Shown here piece after piece: positions 40,701 to 53,942 of a DNA stretch of 64,000 nt (position 1 is the first letter of the stretch; each line of letters opens with the position of its first letter). The stretch comes from a virus: the IMG/VR virus record IMGVR_UViG_3300045988_110279, one strand, 5' to 3'. A program made the position numbers and the translations under genes. Below the pieces are notes generated by a model. That model was not told the DNA's origin. It was given only the letters and a program-made list of their open reading frames with translations, and did not search any database.

Positions 40701-43436
40701 GATGCTCTCGCCCAATACGAAGAAACTCTTGACAAAATTCAAGAAGTAAAGGACGAATAGGAAGAGTTAGAAAGAAATATTGCAGATAATAGATTGAACT
40801 AGATTGAATATAAACTTGAAGTTGTAATAGAAATAAAAGATGCTAAAGATGCTGTTCGTGAATTAACTAAAAAGATCGCAGAATCATTTGGTGACGAATT
40901 AACTCATGGTATTGAAGTCGCTCGTATTGATGAAAATAGTATGAACGAAAATATGAAAATAATCAAGGATTATGAAGAAACACTTAAGAGTTATCAAGAA
41001 GAATTGGCTAACGCAACGGATGCGACTGATATTGATGGAATTATAAGTAAAATATCTGATTTATAGGGTAAAATAATTTCTACCGCAGAAGCTCTACTTG
41101 ATTGGGTAGAGGGTCTTGAAGAAATGTTGCCAGATGCATTAGACGCTGCATCTGAAAGATTCGCTGAATTTACTGATCAACTTGATCATAATGAATCAAT
41201 TCTTGGACTTATAAAAGAATTGTATACACTTTAGGGAGTTACATATAAAACCGAAGAAGGATTTGAATAGCTCCAAAAAGTAAGCGAAGAGACAATGAAA
41301 GCTCAAATAGCAAATGCGCAGTTAAATAAATAGTGGTATGACGGTATTAAATAGGAACTTTTAGAAGCTTAGAGTGCGTTAGATGCATTAGATGGCGATG
41401 AAACAGATCCAGCATATGATGGTTTAAAAGCTAATCGAGATGCATTATTAGAAGAATATAATGAAGCTCAATAGGCGATGTTAAGTTCCGCGCAAGCCGC
41501 TATGGAAACTGCACAAGAAATGTATACTTAGGCTATTGAAAGAGCCGTATATGAATTTGGATAGGCGGTTTCTGGTGGAGTTGGCTTAGATTTGCTACAA
41601 GACAAGTTCGATCATTATATTGAGCAAGAAGATAGATATTTAGATAAAGTAAATGAGGCATATGAAGTATCTTCTTGGTATAATAAACTTCAATAGGATA
41701 TTGATAAAGCTACTAATTCTAAAATGAAAGATTAGTTGAAATAGTTACAAGAAGAAATTGATATTCGTAGAGAGAATAATACTTTATCTGAATATGATCT
41801 AGAAATTCTTGAAGCCAAGTATAATGTTCTTTAGGCCCAGATGGCTCTTGAAGATGCTCAAAACGCAAAAAATCAGCTTAGATTAGTGAGAGATAGCCAA
41901 GGTAACTGGAATTATCAATACACCGCAGATGCGAGCTAGATAGCGGATGCGGAATAGAATTTACTTGATGCAGAGAATGAATGGTATAACATAGCTAAAC
42001 AATAGGTTGAAGATGTTACTGGAGAAATTATTTCTACTTGGCAGGAATGTCAGGATAAAATAAAAGAGATTTATTCTGATATGACCTTGACTGACGAGGA
42101 AAGATCTGCCCGCGCGCAAGAAATCTATTCTTATTATACGCAGAAGGTTAAGGATCTAGAGAACGAAAAACAGATTGCTATTTAGGATATGACCGAAGCC
42201 GGCAATAAAGCCTTAATTGATATGGCTATTGTTGCGGGAGACGAGGTAAGTGACCTAACTGGAATTACAAGTCAAGAAATTTAGGATATTATAGCTAATT
42301 CTGGCTCTAGTATTATTGATTTGTTATTATCTGATAATGAATAGATTCAAGATATAGTTGGAAGTAATACAAAACTTATTGATTTATTTGATAATGTTTT
42401 CGCAAAAGATCTTGCTAATATGACTTCTAATGCTGGAAATTTTGAAGATTTTCTATCTAAGGCCATGGACGAAGCAAGTGGAGCGATGGAAGATTATCAA
42501 ACTACTGTCTCTGGAGTTGCAGATTAGACTGGAACAAGTCTTGATGATTTAGAAGGTTATCTTGATGATGTTACAACTTCTACAGAGTTATGTTCTGATG
42601 CAGGATCGGAAGCTGTCACTTAGATGTTAGAATAGATAAGCACTATTCAAGATTTAAGTCAAGAATATTTAGACATGGCTAAATCAGTTAGAGAATATAT
42701 AAGGGCTCTTGAGGAGGCTGCTAGAGCAGCTGGAAATACAATAGAAAGCGCTGGAGGAATAGATAAAGATGATTTACCTCCCGCTAATTCAGATCAATCT
42801 TCTGATAATAACTCTAGCAATAGTAATAGCGGATCTTCCAGTGGAGGAGCTGGAAGTGGCAATGGAATCCCAGAAGTAGGAGACGAAGTCATTTATACTG
42901 GTGGAACTTATTATCATGATTCTTATGGCACAGATCCAGCAGGTAGACGTGGGCCCGGCAAGAAAGTTAAAATAACTAATATAGCTAAAGGCAGACCATA
43001 TCCGATTCATGTATAGTCTAATAATTCTGCATATGGCTGGTTAAAAGAAAGTCAAATAAGCGGATTTGATACAGGAGGTTATACTGGAGAATTTGATAAT
43101 GCTAAATTAGCTTTCTTGCACGAAAAAGAGTTAGTTTTAAATCAAGAAGATACGAAAAATATTCTCGCGGCGGTTTCTGCTATAAGAGCTTTTGAACCTA
43201 GTTTTATAGCTTCTATAGAGAAAGCGCTTGATGGAAATGCACTATCTATTTCTAATCTTATGGCATCAAGATTAGGATCTAATACTTAGATTACTCCAGC
43301 AGATAACACAGTTGAACCGTATATAAATATTGAGCGAGTTGAGTTCCCAAATGCGACATCTTCTGATGAAATTCAAGATGCTATTCGTAGTTTGGCTGAT
43401 GATGCTACTCAATGGGCAAATAGAAGAAAGGGATAA
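34710..43436 (+). CDS. tail tape-measure protein (~2908 aa)
   Basis: GTG start after AAAGGAGG. Track ORFs 35496.., 36084.., 37824.. and 42675.. are all in this frame, and I saw no TAA/TGA between them. A TM segment (AIMVAIIAITAITSAI) and Q/E/A-rich coiled coils are present. Confidence 0.6.
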
Positions 43437-43487
43437 TAGGGGAGATTTCCTCCCCTATTATCCCTATGAGAAAAAGGAGGATAAATA

Positions 43488-46400
43488 ATGAATACTGCTT
43501 CTGAATCTATCTTTTAGACGATAGATATTCTAGTTGATAAAGCACTATCAAAATTAACTTATGATAAGACTATTTCAGCAGAGATTAGTAGTATTGTTAA
43601 TCTTGATAGCGGAGAGTATAAAGTTAAATATTCTGGAAATATAGTTTCTGCTTTTGCGGATGATGTAAAAAAGCAGTATAAAGTAGGGGATACTGTATAT
43701 GTTACTATTCCCCAGGATGATTTATCTGCAAGAAAAAGAATTGTTTGTAAGACAAATGAACAATCATTATCATATGGAGAGATGCTGTCGCTTTCTAATT
43801 CAATAATAGAAAAAAGCCCAACATTTGATACAATGTATGATTATGACAAAGATGCGGAAAGGGGCGTCGTAGCAGGCGCACCAGCAGATAGTGATTTAAG
43901 TTAGTAGATTATTTATAGTGGTAATGAAGAAGGATATCATGGACTATTCCAATAGTATGCAAATAACAATGAGCTTATTAGAATAAAAGCCTCTTTCTTA
44001 ACTACTTTCCATTGTGAACACACCAAAGGAAATTATGGTTTAGATATATAGTTCTTTACAAAAAGTGGAGATATAGTTTCTTATAAGCTTGATTTAAGTT
44101 CTTTTAATGGAGACCCCTATCGCTTTTAGGTCTACAGCCCGCAATCTGTGGTTATTAAGGCTCAAAAAAATTATTTAACTGGACTTAAATAGATTAAGTT
44201 ATTTGAAGAAAATTTTGTCTATGATCGTTATGTGGAATCTGGTGTAGTTACAGATAAAGAGAATAGAACTGTATCTAACATTTTTGTAAAGGATATAGAA
44301 ATTTAGTTTGTTGAACAGAAAGATTTAACAGATAATTTATATTATTTAGATATTTCGACCCCGCAAGGAAATTCATTTACCAATGAGATCTCTTCTCTTG
44401 ATTTAGTTGGTCGATTAATTTATTAGGGCGACAATATAATGGATGAACAAACTTGTAAATGTAAGTGGTTTGAACGAGATGTAAGTGTTTTGTTAGGTAG
44501 CGATTCTTACGATAAAAATGGTGGTGTAGGATGGGCTCCCGTCACAGCGTCTGAGAGCAATACGATGACACTTAAGGCTGAGCAAGTGAAACATTAGAAG
44601 TAGTATAAATTAGTGGTTATATATAATGATAGCGTAACATTGAGTGCGGAAGTAATGATATATAATTTAACAAGTAACTATGATTTTTAGCTTAAACAAA
44701 CAACAGTAGGAGAAGATATCATCATTCAAATTTAGAACAATGTGGATAACACCGTTCTTATTGGAGATTGGTATATGCTTTATCCAGATGGAAGCTATAC
44801 AGCAGTTGGATTATAGCAAAATTCCATCACAGTTACTAATTTGTTATTGTACTCTTCTGTTACTTTTATTTGTGGAGTTTATAATAAAGAACATACCGAG
44901 ATTATCTCTGTATTAGAACATCTTGTCACAAATAGCTCTTCTGAAGAAGATGTAACAATCACCTATAATGGAGAAGATACATTCAGATATGATGCAAATG
45001 GAGATATAGCTATTGAAGACGCTGAAAAAGAACGCACTCTTCAAGTTGTTTTAACTTGGAAAGATGGTGTAGGAACTTCTTATAAAGTAGAATGGATTGG
45101 TCCAGATGGAAAAGATATTACTAATTCAAGATATAATCCTAGCGAGTCTATGATTGAAAACCTCTGGGTTGACAATAGTAATATTTTACATTATACTATT
45201 AAGTAGAAGTATAAAGTTAATTTTAATAATAATACTATTTTGGTTCGTATTGTCACTATGGATGAGCAAGAATATTCTTTCCGAAAAGAAATTCTATTCT
45301 TAAAAGATGGTGATTAGGGTACAAATGGTACTACGTATGTAAGTGCTATTAGACCATTTGATCCTGACACTGGATTGAAACTATCTGGATTAACTCCATT
45401 AGTTTATAGAGATGAATCTTGGGTAAATGAATTACCTATAAGATGCTATGTATATAAAGATGGAGAATTAATCAATAATAATGGTAATTACACTCTATCT
45501 TATAAATGGACTGGTGTTAATATTGAATTGCGGGAAGGCGAGAATGATGACCGCAAAATAGCAAGTGGTACAACACGATTAATTTCAAATTCCGCAGGTG
45601 GATATGTAAAAGTTTAGGTAACTATTAATGACAATAAGAATAATAGAGCCTATGAAATTTATTGTAATTATCCTATTGATGTTGCTGTTAATTTTAGTGA
45701 TGATGAATTAAATAATATTGATATTAGTTCTATTCCTTCTTATATTAAATATACTGCGTCTGGTGTTAATCCATCCTTTTATAGCAATAACATTGAGTTT
45801 ATTGTTAATAATTAGGATTATAGTCGTAATATTTCTTCTCTTGTAAAAGAAATTTTAACAGTTGAAGAAAAAGATAATCTTTACTATCTTGAACCTGCAT
45901 CTAGTTTTATTTTTGAAGATAATAGTATTGCTTTATTAAAATGTGAATACGAAGGAAAATATATCTACCATCCCGTTATTTTATATCTTGATACATATGG
46001 CAATGAGCTAATAAATGGATGGGATGGCACATAGCTACAAATTGATGAAGAAAATGGTTAGTATATCTTAGCTCCATAGATTGGAGCAGGAGAGAAAGAT
46101 AGTTTTAATCGTTTTACTGGTGTAGTTATGGGAAAAGATAGTGTTCAAGATAAAATAGGTTTATATGGTTATAAAGCTGGAGTTAATACTTTTGGTTTAA
46201 TGGAAAATGGAACAGCGTTTTTTGGAGCTAAAAGTGGTGGAGGATAGATTATTATTGATGGAACTTCAGCGAAGATTTATGGTGGAGGGAATTCTTCAGA
46301 AGAAGGTGGAGATGCCTCTAATGGAATGACTATTACTCTTGCTGATCTTAAAGCAGATGGATCTACTGAAGCTATAAAGATTGGCGGAGGAGCTTTTACA

Positions 46401-47402
46401 GTAAAATATAATGGAACTGTAAAAGCAACCAATGCAGAAGTTTCAGGGACTATTTACGCCTCTTCTGGTAAAATTGGAGGAACGAAAACAGGATCTAATG
46501 GTTGGACTATTGAAACCAATAGACTATATAGCGGCTCTGGCTCAACGAGAGTTGAATTAAATAGCCAATCTCCAACCAATACTTCTACTCCTACTAATAA
46601 TAATGATTTTGCTATTTGGGCAGGAAGTGCTACAGCATCAAGTGCTAAATTTTCTGTTTCTAAAGGCGGATTAATTACTGCTAAATAGGGAAATATTGGA
46701 GGTTGGATTCTTTCTTCTAATAAGTTAACTAGTGATAATTATAGAACTGGAATAGCGAGCTCTGGTACTTATCGTTTTTGGGCAGGAGCTAGTTCTAGCA
46801 GTACGGCAGATAGACCAGTTTTCTCTGGATCTTCTTACTTTTATGTTACTAGCTCTGGAGAAATGTAGTGTAAAAATGCAACGATTAATGGTTCAATTTA
46901 TGCAGATAATGGTGAGATTGGTGGCTGGATCATCAGTTCAAATAGAATTTCTGGAGGAAGAACTACACTATATTCAAATGGTAGAATTGTGTGTGATGAT
47001 TTTGAATCAGACAATGTAGATATTAGCGGAGATATTAATGCAACTACTTTGACTTGTGATAATGGTGAGATTGGTGGCTGGATCATCAGTGAAAGCGGAT
47101 TGGAAAATGGTGCCACAAGACTATATAATGGTTTAGTTTAGACGAATCAAGTAGATATATTTTTAGATAATCGTTGGAGAAATAAGCTGGGAACTTTAGG
47201 ATATGTTGAAGGAGAAGATGATTATGGTCCTACTGAGAATATTGGTATTCTTACTGAAAGAGGAGATCATAGTATTATTTTAAAATCTTCTAGAAACATA
47301 GCTCTACGAACAGAAGGTGGCGGAATATGGATAACTGGAGGAAGTCTAAATGTAAATGTTTCTAAAGAAAATTAGCACGGTATCTATGCCCAATTTGCGT
47401 AA
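43488..47402 (+). CDS. large tail tip/baseplate protein (1304 aa) with repeated GEIGGWIIS motifs
   Basis: In frame with track ORFs 44841.., 45375.. and 46326... Contains an exact 34-bp internal repeat at about 46905 and 47066. Confidence 0.5.
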
Positions 47403-47416
47403 GGAGTTGATAGTAT

Positions 47417-48157
47417 ATGGGTTCTGTAACTTTACATTCTCCTTCTTACTCTAGTGTTGGATAGAGATATGCTTCAATAAGTTGTACTGCGGTAGGATGG
47501 GTATATCCAAGTGATTCTGGAACGACTACTACGGGAGATAGTAAAAACGGTTCTAGAACTACTATTTCTTATAGCAATACAGTATGGAGTTGGAGCTTTA
47601 GCGATGGAGGCAGCTCTAGTTCAAAAGAACCAACTCATAATTTTACTGGTTTAACCGCGGGAAGGGCAAACACAGTTAGAGGTACATTAAGTGCTAGATG
47701 TACGAAAACCACTACTGTAACTCGATGGTCTACTCATAGAGAAGAAGTAGGAAAAGATGAAAATGGAAATCCAATCTATGAAGATGTAACAACAACTACT
47801 GGGCCAACTACGTCTAGGACAACAGTTAGTTTAGGATCTGCATCTGATAGTGTAACTGTATATACACAACCAACTAGCTTTTCTTTTGGGTGCAGTCCTG
47901 GAGATTATATGGCAGACTATGCTACAGCCAGCAAATGGAATTAGTTAGCCGACTAGGTTGGCAAATATAAAAGTTGGAGAAACTAGTCAAATCAGTATTC
48001 TTCATACAATAATTTAAAAGTTTCTCGTGGTGATTGGATAACTGCGAGTGTTTATAATTCTATGGCATCTGCTTGCGGGACTTCAAGAGTTACCGCAGAT
48101 AAAACTTTGATTAGTGCAGCTTTATTTGAAGCTTTAGCAGATGCGGTTTCACCATAA
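47417..48157 (+). CDS. hypothetical tail protein (246 aa, Ser/Thr-rich)
   Basis: RBS AAGGAG, 4 TAGs. Confidence 0.4.
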
Positions 48158-48177
48158 GAGAAAAAGGAGTCTTAATT

Positions 48178-48549
48178 ATGAAAATGTTAAACAAGGATAT
48201 TTTGGAAGCAGTTGAGAATTTAAATTCTACAATACAAGATTGCTCGCTTCTTCCCGCGAGTGTATCATATGCAGTAATAAGAAATTTTAAAATTCTTTCT
48301 CCTATTGCTGAGGATATTTATAACGAACGAAAAAAGATTATTGAAAGATATGGAGAAAAAGTTGATGATATAACCTATTAGATTTCAGAGGAGAAAAGGG
48401 AAGCGGCTAATCAAGAATTAAATGCTTTATTGGCGGTTAATACTAGCGTTCCATTAGCGACTTTTTCTATTGATATTTTATAGGGGTATGATATTCCTTT
48501 AAAAGTTATGAATACTCTATATTTTATGGTGGAGGCTGACGAGGAGTAA
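48178..48549 (+). CDS. hypothetical protein
   Basis: Track ORF 48178..48381 extended through TAG to a TAA inside the hairpin at 48529-48563. Confidence 0.4.
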
Positions 48550-48634
48550 AACTCGTCAGCCTCTTGGCCAATTATATTTATAAAAAATATAAGATTTTTT
48601 AAATATTTTAGATGAGAAAAAGGAGGCGTTAATT

Positions 48635-51424
48635 ATGCCAATTAGTATTTATCCGCCTACTTTGTAGAGTACATAGCCAGCATTTCTTTCTAGCGTGAAC
48701 GTATATTAGATAAATTTTACGCTATAGTCAATTACGTCTTTTAATGACATAGGTCATGTACAAGTGCGGCTAGTTCGTTAGTCTAATAATAAAAGTATTG
48801 TAAATACAGACCAATATCCAGATGGAACTATTTATAAAGCTCCTTCTGCGATAGGGTCTTTAGGAAATCAATATTTTGTATCAATTAATAGAAGCGAATT
48901 AGCCGAATCTTGGTAGCCAGGCTATTTATACAAAGTACAAATGCGTTTTGGTATAAATCCAATGTATACTTCGTTATCAGAATTTGCCACTTGGAAACAA
49001 TAGCAGATAGATGCGGGAGCCTTTTCTGAATGGTCTACTGTAATGATAATCAAGGCTATAGATACACCAATTATTAAAATAGAAAACGATGAAGCTAAAC
49101 GAGAAGATGTTATATCTACTGAAAGAATAGAGGCAACTCTTACTCCTTTGTTTATAGGAAGCTTTAATATTAGCTCTGCTAGTAATGAATTATTGGATAG
49201 ATATAAATTTGATTTGTATGAAGGAGCCTCTAAAGATCCCAATTATTTACTTGAAACATCTGGATGGTTATAGCACAATGGTTCTATTAATAATACCGAT
49301 ACTTATAGATTTAAAACCGTGTTAACTAATAATAAAAGCTATACAGTAGTCTATTCTATTATTACTATCAATGAATATGAAGGAGAATCAGAGCCTTATA
49401 ATTTTTCAGTTAATAGGACCTATTTGGGAGATTTAGAGGGAGTATCTATTAGAGTTGAGGATAATGATGTATATTGTCGAGAAAATGGTTGTATAAAGAT
49501 ATTTTGTACCGCTAAAAATGGACTTAGTGGTAGTTATGTAATAACAAGAAGTTCTGAAAAAAGTAATTATTAGATATGGGAAGATTTAAAATATCTTAAA
49601 TTTTCTAATCAAGTATTAAATGATTCAGTTATTCATGTTGATTTTGCTATTGAAAGTGGTATAAGATATAAATATGCCATACAATAGGAAAATTCAGCAG
49701 GGTTGCGGACTTCTTAGGTATATGATACAAGTAACCAAGGTAGAAGTGTTGATTTCCAATATAGCTATATTTATAGGGATAATATATAGTTAAAGTTATC
49801 TCTTAATTAGACATTATCCAGCTTTAAACATACTACTTTAAGAAGTAAACAAGATACCTTAGGAAGTAAATATCCTCATTTGGTTTAGAATGGTAAGGCT
49901 TATTATGCAGAGTTTCCAATTTCTGGATTAATAAGTTTTTAGATGGATGAAGATTAGACATTTTTCTCTTTAAAAGATGATGGACTTTATTACAATAATG
50001 AATTAGTAATTCCCAAAGACAAATTTATTAAAAACAATGTAACCAGAGGAAAATGTCAAGAGAAGTAGGAAACTTATTCTGAAGTTTCTACAGATGAAAA
50101 TAAATTATCTATCTCAACTAGTTTAACAAATGATAATATTTTTATTGAAAGAATATTTAGAGAAAAAGTGGAAGAATTTTTAAACGATTTTAATTATAAG
50201 CTCTTTAAATCTTCTACCGAAGGAAATATAATTATAGGCTTGCTGAATGTATCTTTGACTCCGAATAATACGGTCGGCCGCATGATTTACTCTTTTTCTG
50301 CTACTGCGTATGAAGTTTTAGAGAATACCATAGAAAATTTAAATGAAGTTAATATAATAAATATTGGTAAATTTGAAAGTTTGGCTAGCGAAGATAGAAT
50401 AAATTCTTTCGGATAGTTAAGTGGAATTTATGGTAGAAATATAGATTTATATGCGAAGATAAGAGAGCAGGAAGAAGTTAGTATAGGCGGAGGATATAAA
50501 CTTAATTTAATTCAAGTTACAGATATTTAGATTGAGCAATATCCAAAAATAGATTTGACTGCACGATTACTAGAATTAGAAGCTCTTAAATCTGAAGCCG
50601 CGGGAGATGACGAGGATACTTCTGAATATGATAGACAGATTTAGGAATGTAAAGATTTGATTCTCGCTCTTAATGGCCCTGAATCCGCGACTATCGAAAT
50701 TAATGTTAATGGTTCAAGAATTTTAGTTGCTCCAAATAGAGTTTATCATTTAAATGAAAATGTAAATTCTTTATCTTTGTCCGCATCTAGCGTTCCTATT
50801 ATTGTAAATTATGTTTGCTAGTTGAATTAGGTTGAGGACGTTTCTGTTGGAGTCGTTTCTGCTATTGATGCTTCTCGCATTTGGGGATAGATTTCTGGAA
50901 TTTTTACTGGTACAGATGGAGTTTTAAAATTCTATAATTACGATTATAGAAACAGTGAAACTTATCGTATATTTAGTAATGTTCCACCAAATATGGAAAA
51001 GTTTTTAGTTAAGGATAAATAGGGAGATACTATTGTTGATAATATAACCTTTAATCTATATAAAACCATTAATATTTACGAGATAATAAAAGAAGAGACA
51101 TAGAAACAAGTTGAGCTTATATACAATACTCATTTTGAATTAAATGATGATGGATAGTTGACAGATGGCGAGATTTATTATACTTTTAGTGATATTGTTT
51201 TACTTGACATTGAGGCAGATGAAGGAACTACCCTTTTAATTAGTTCTAGTCCAGATGGAAGTAATCCGTCTATTATAAAGATTGGCTCAACTGGAAGGTA
51301 TACTCTTAATCCATTAGATAATATGGTTAAATATATAGCTTTAGAAAGTGCTTAGTTTTGTGTAATAAATTATAAATGTTTAACAAATCAAATGCGCATG
51401 AAGGTGGAATAGTATTATGTTTGA
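48635..51424 (+). CDS. large baseplate/minor structural protein (929 aa)
   Basis: RBS AAAAGGAGG. In frame with track ORFs 49043.., 49319.., 50168.. and 51158.. Confidence 0.5.
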
Positions 51425-53321
51425 TTATTTAAATGATATGGATTTCCTTATAGCTCTTGATAAATTAAATATTAAAACTCATTACGCAAAAATTATTTTA
51501 CTTTCTTTTGATGAAAAACCTATTAGAGAAATATAGGGCAACATAACTGCTGGTAGTTTAAGTGTTAATGGATCGTCCTCTGTTCGTAGAACAATTAACC
51601 TAACTATGTTGGCTAATGAGAATAATAGCGATATTGAAAATATAGATAATGAGATTTCAATAAACAAGAAGGTTAAAGTTTTTGTTGGATATAATAATCC
51701 GTTAAAGTCTTATGCAAGATATGGAGATATAATTTGGTTTCCTTGTGGATTATTTGTTTTATCTAACGCATCGGCAGCAAGATCCACTTCTGGATGGACA
51801 ATCTCTATAAGTGGAAAAGATAAAATGTGTTTACTCGATGGAACCGCAGGAGGGACGTTTCCAGGCTCCATAACCTTTCATGAAAGTTATATATAGAAAA
51901 AAGATGGAGATATAGAAATTGTATATCCAACTATCTTTCAAATTATATATGAAGCAGTCAACCATTGGGGCGGAGAGGCTATAACAAATATTATTATTAC
52001 TGACATAGAAGAAACTTGTAAGATGTTGGTTAAATATATAGGAGATAAACCCATATATTTTAGCAATAATTATGAAAGTATGGACTTTTCTCCAAGCACT
52101 GATTTTCCTTATATGATAAGTTATGGATAGGATGCTGGATATAGAGAAACTGAATTTACTTATCCGGGAGAATTAATTTTAGATGCTGGAGATACTGTAA
52201 CTACTCTATTAGATAAAATAGTTGAAGTTCTTGGAAATTTTGAGTATTTTTATGATATAGATGGTCGCTTTATCTTTTAGGAGATAAAGAATTATCTTAA
52301 TACTGGAAGTCCTTTAACAGAGTTATCTCCAGAAAATTATGTAAAGAGCTATAATAATGCTAAGTTTTTATACTCTTTAACCGATCTTGATACTACTACA
52401 GCCATAACCCGCAGTCCAAAGTTTGATAATATAAAAAATGATTTTTATGTTTGGGGAAAGAGAACCACTACATCTGGAGTAGAAGTTGATATTAGGTATC
52501 ATCTTGCTATTGATACCAAACCAATAATTGACTTAGCAGGATATTATATGTGGGCTGTGAGTGATAAAGAGACGGGATTAATTATAAGATATGATTTTAA
52601 TAATATATCTTCTGATTATTCAATATCAGGATATGAAGTAGAATTAGTTGGATCTCCGTGCGATGAGTGGAGAGAGGAATTATATCGTAGAGCATTAAAC
52701 GCACAAGTAACAAATAGTGTATATGATAATTACTATGACTCTGAATTAATCGCCGAATGGCGCAATTTATATAATCCACTAAATGAGAAATGGGATGAAT
52801 ATAATCATTGGAATCCAGATGTATTTAATAATCCAGGAAATTTAAACTATTGGCTAGATTTTATAGATACCGGTTCAGAAATTGGAAAATATTCAATAAA
52901 TGAGATAGGTAGAAGGACTAAAGTAATTAATAGTTCTGATATAACTTCCGTATATAATATAGAAGCTCCTGATATTATATTTATTGAAGGATTAGACCAG
53001 GATTTGATAGCAGAATATAGAGGAATTGGTTAGAGATTTTTTGTTCTTACTTCTGAGTATTATAATTTATTTTCAATAAGCTCCACAAATGCAAGTTGTT
53101 TTGATAAAATTAGAGAAATGTTGTATTAGAATTTAAATTATAATACAACTATATCCATTACTTGTTTACCAAAATATTATATGGAACCAAATAATATTCT
53201 TTATGTTGAAGATAAAGACAGTGGACTTAGTGGAAATTATTAGATAACCCAATTCACTTTACCTCTTTCATATAATGGAACTATGAGTATTACAGCCACG
53301 GAAGTATTAACAAGAGTATAA
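51417..53321 (+). CDS. baseplate protein (634 aa)
   Basis: RBS GAAGGTGG. In frame with track ORFs 51606.. and 52548... Confidence 0.5.
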
Positions 53322-53337
53322 GGAGGAGTAGGAGATA

Positions 53338-53928
53338 ATGCCAACTGTTGGTCAAATATATTATAATGTAATAGATAACAACAGTGGTAGTTATGTTTCT
53401 AGTGGGTAGAATATATTCAGTGATATTGTTGTCCAAGTGGGGGCCTCTCAATTTAATAAAGTTGGAGTATAGGCTCCTGCTGGGACTAAGATAGTTATGA
53501 ATGAATCAAAAACTATTATGGTTGGTAGAACTGGAATATATGAACTAGATGATGACATAGCTATTACTAATATGTATTTTATTAGACCTAGAAAGTATGA
53601 GAAAGACGAAGAAGCATCTCAGTAGGCTATTGAACAAGGAACTGCGGGAATGCAAGCCGCAGATAAAAAAAGGAGTGAAGATTTGGAGAGATTTTATAAA
53701 GAAAATCCAGATATGCCAGATCAAGATACCGATCCAGAAGGGTATAAGGCTTATTGGGACGCATATAATAATATTCAGACTGCTTATATAGAGGCTTATT
53801 AGACAGCATTAAGCTTATATAATCAGGGGGTAAATGGCATTTATGTACTACCAAATCCTGATAATGTTGATGCTCCAGAAAATTATTAGGATTTATATAA
53901 TGTCATTATTGACTTTATTTATGTATAA
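53338..53928 (+). CDS. hypothetical structural protein (196 aa)
   Basis: RBS AGGAGGAG. Confidence 0.4.
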
Positions 53929-53942
53929 GGAGGTGTCAAACT

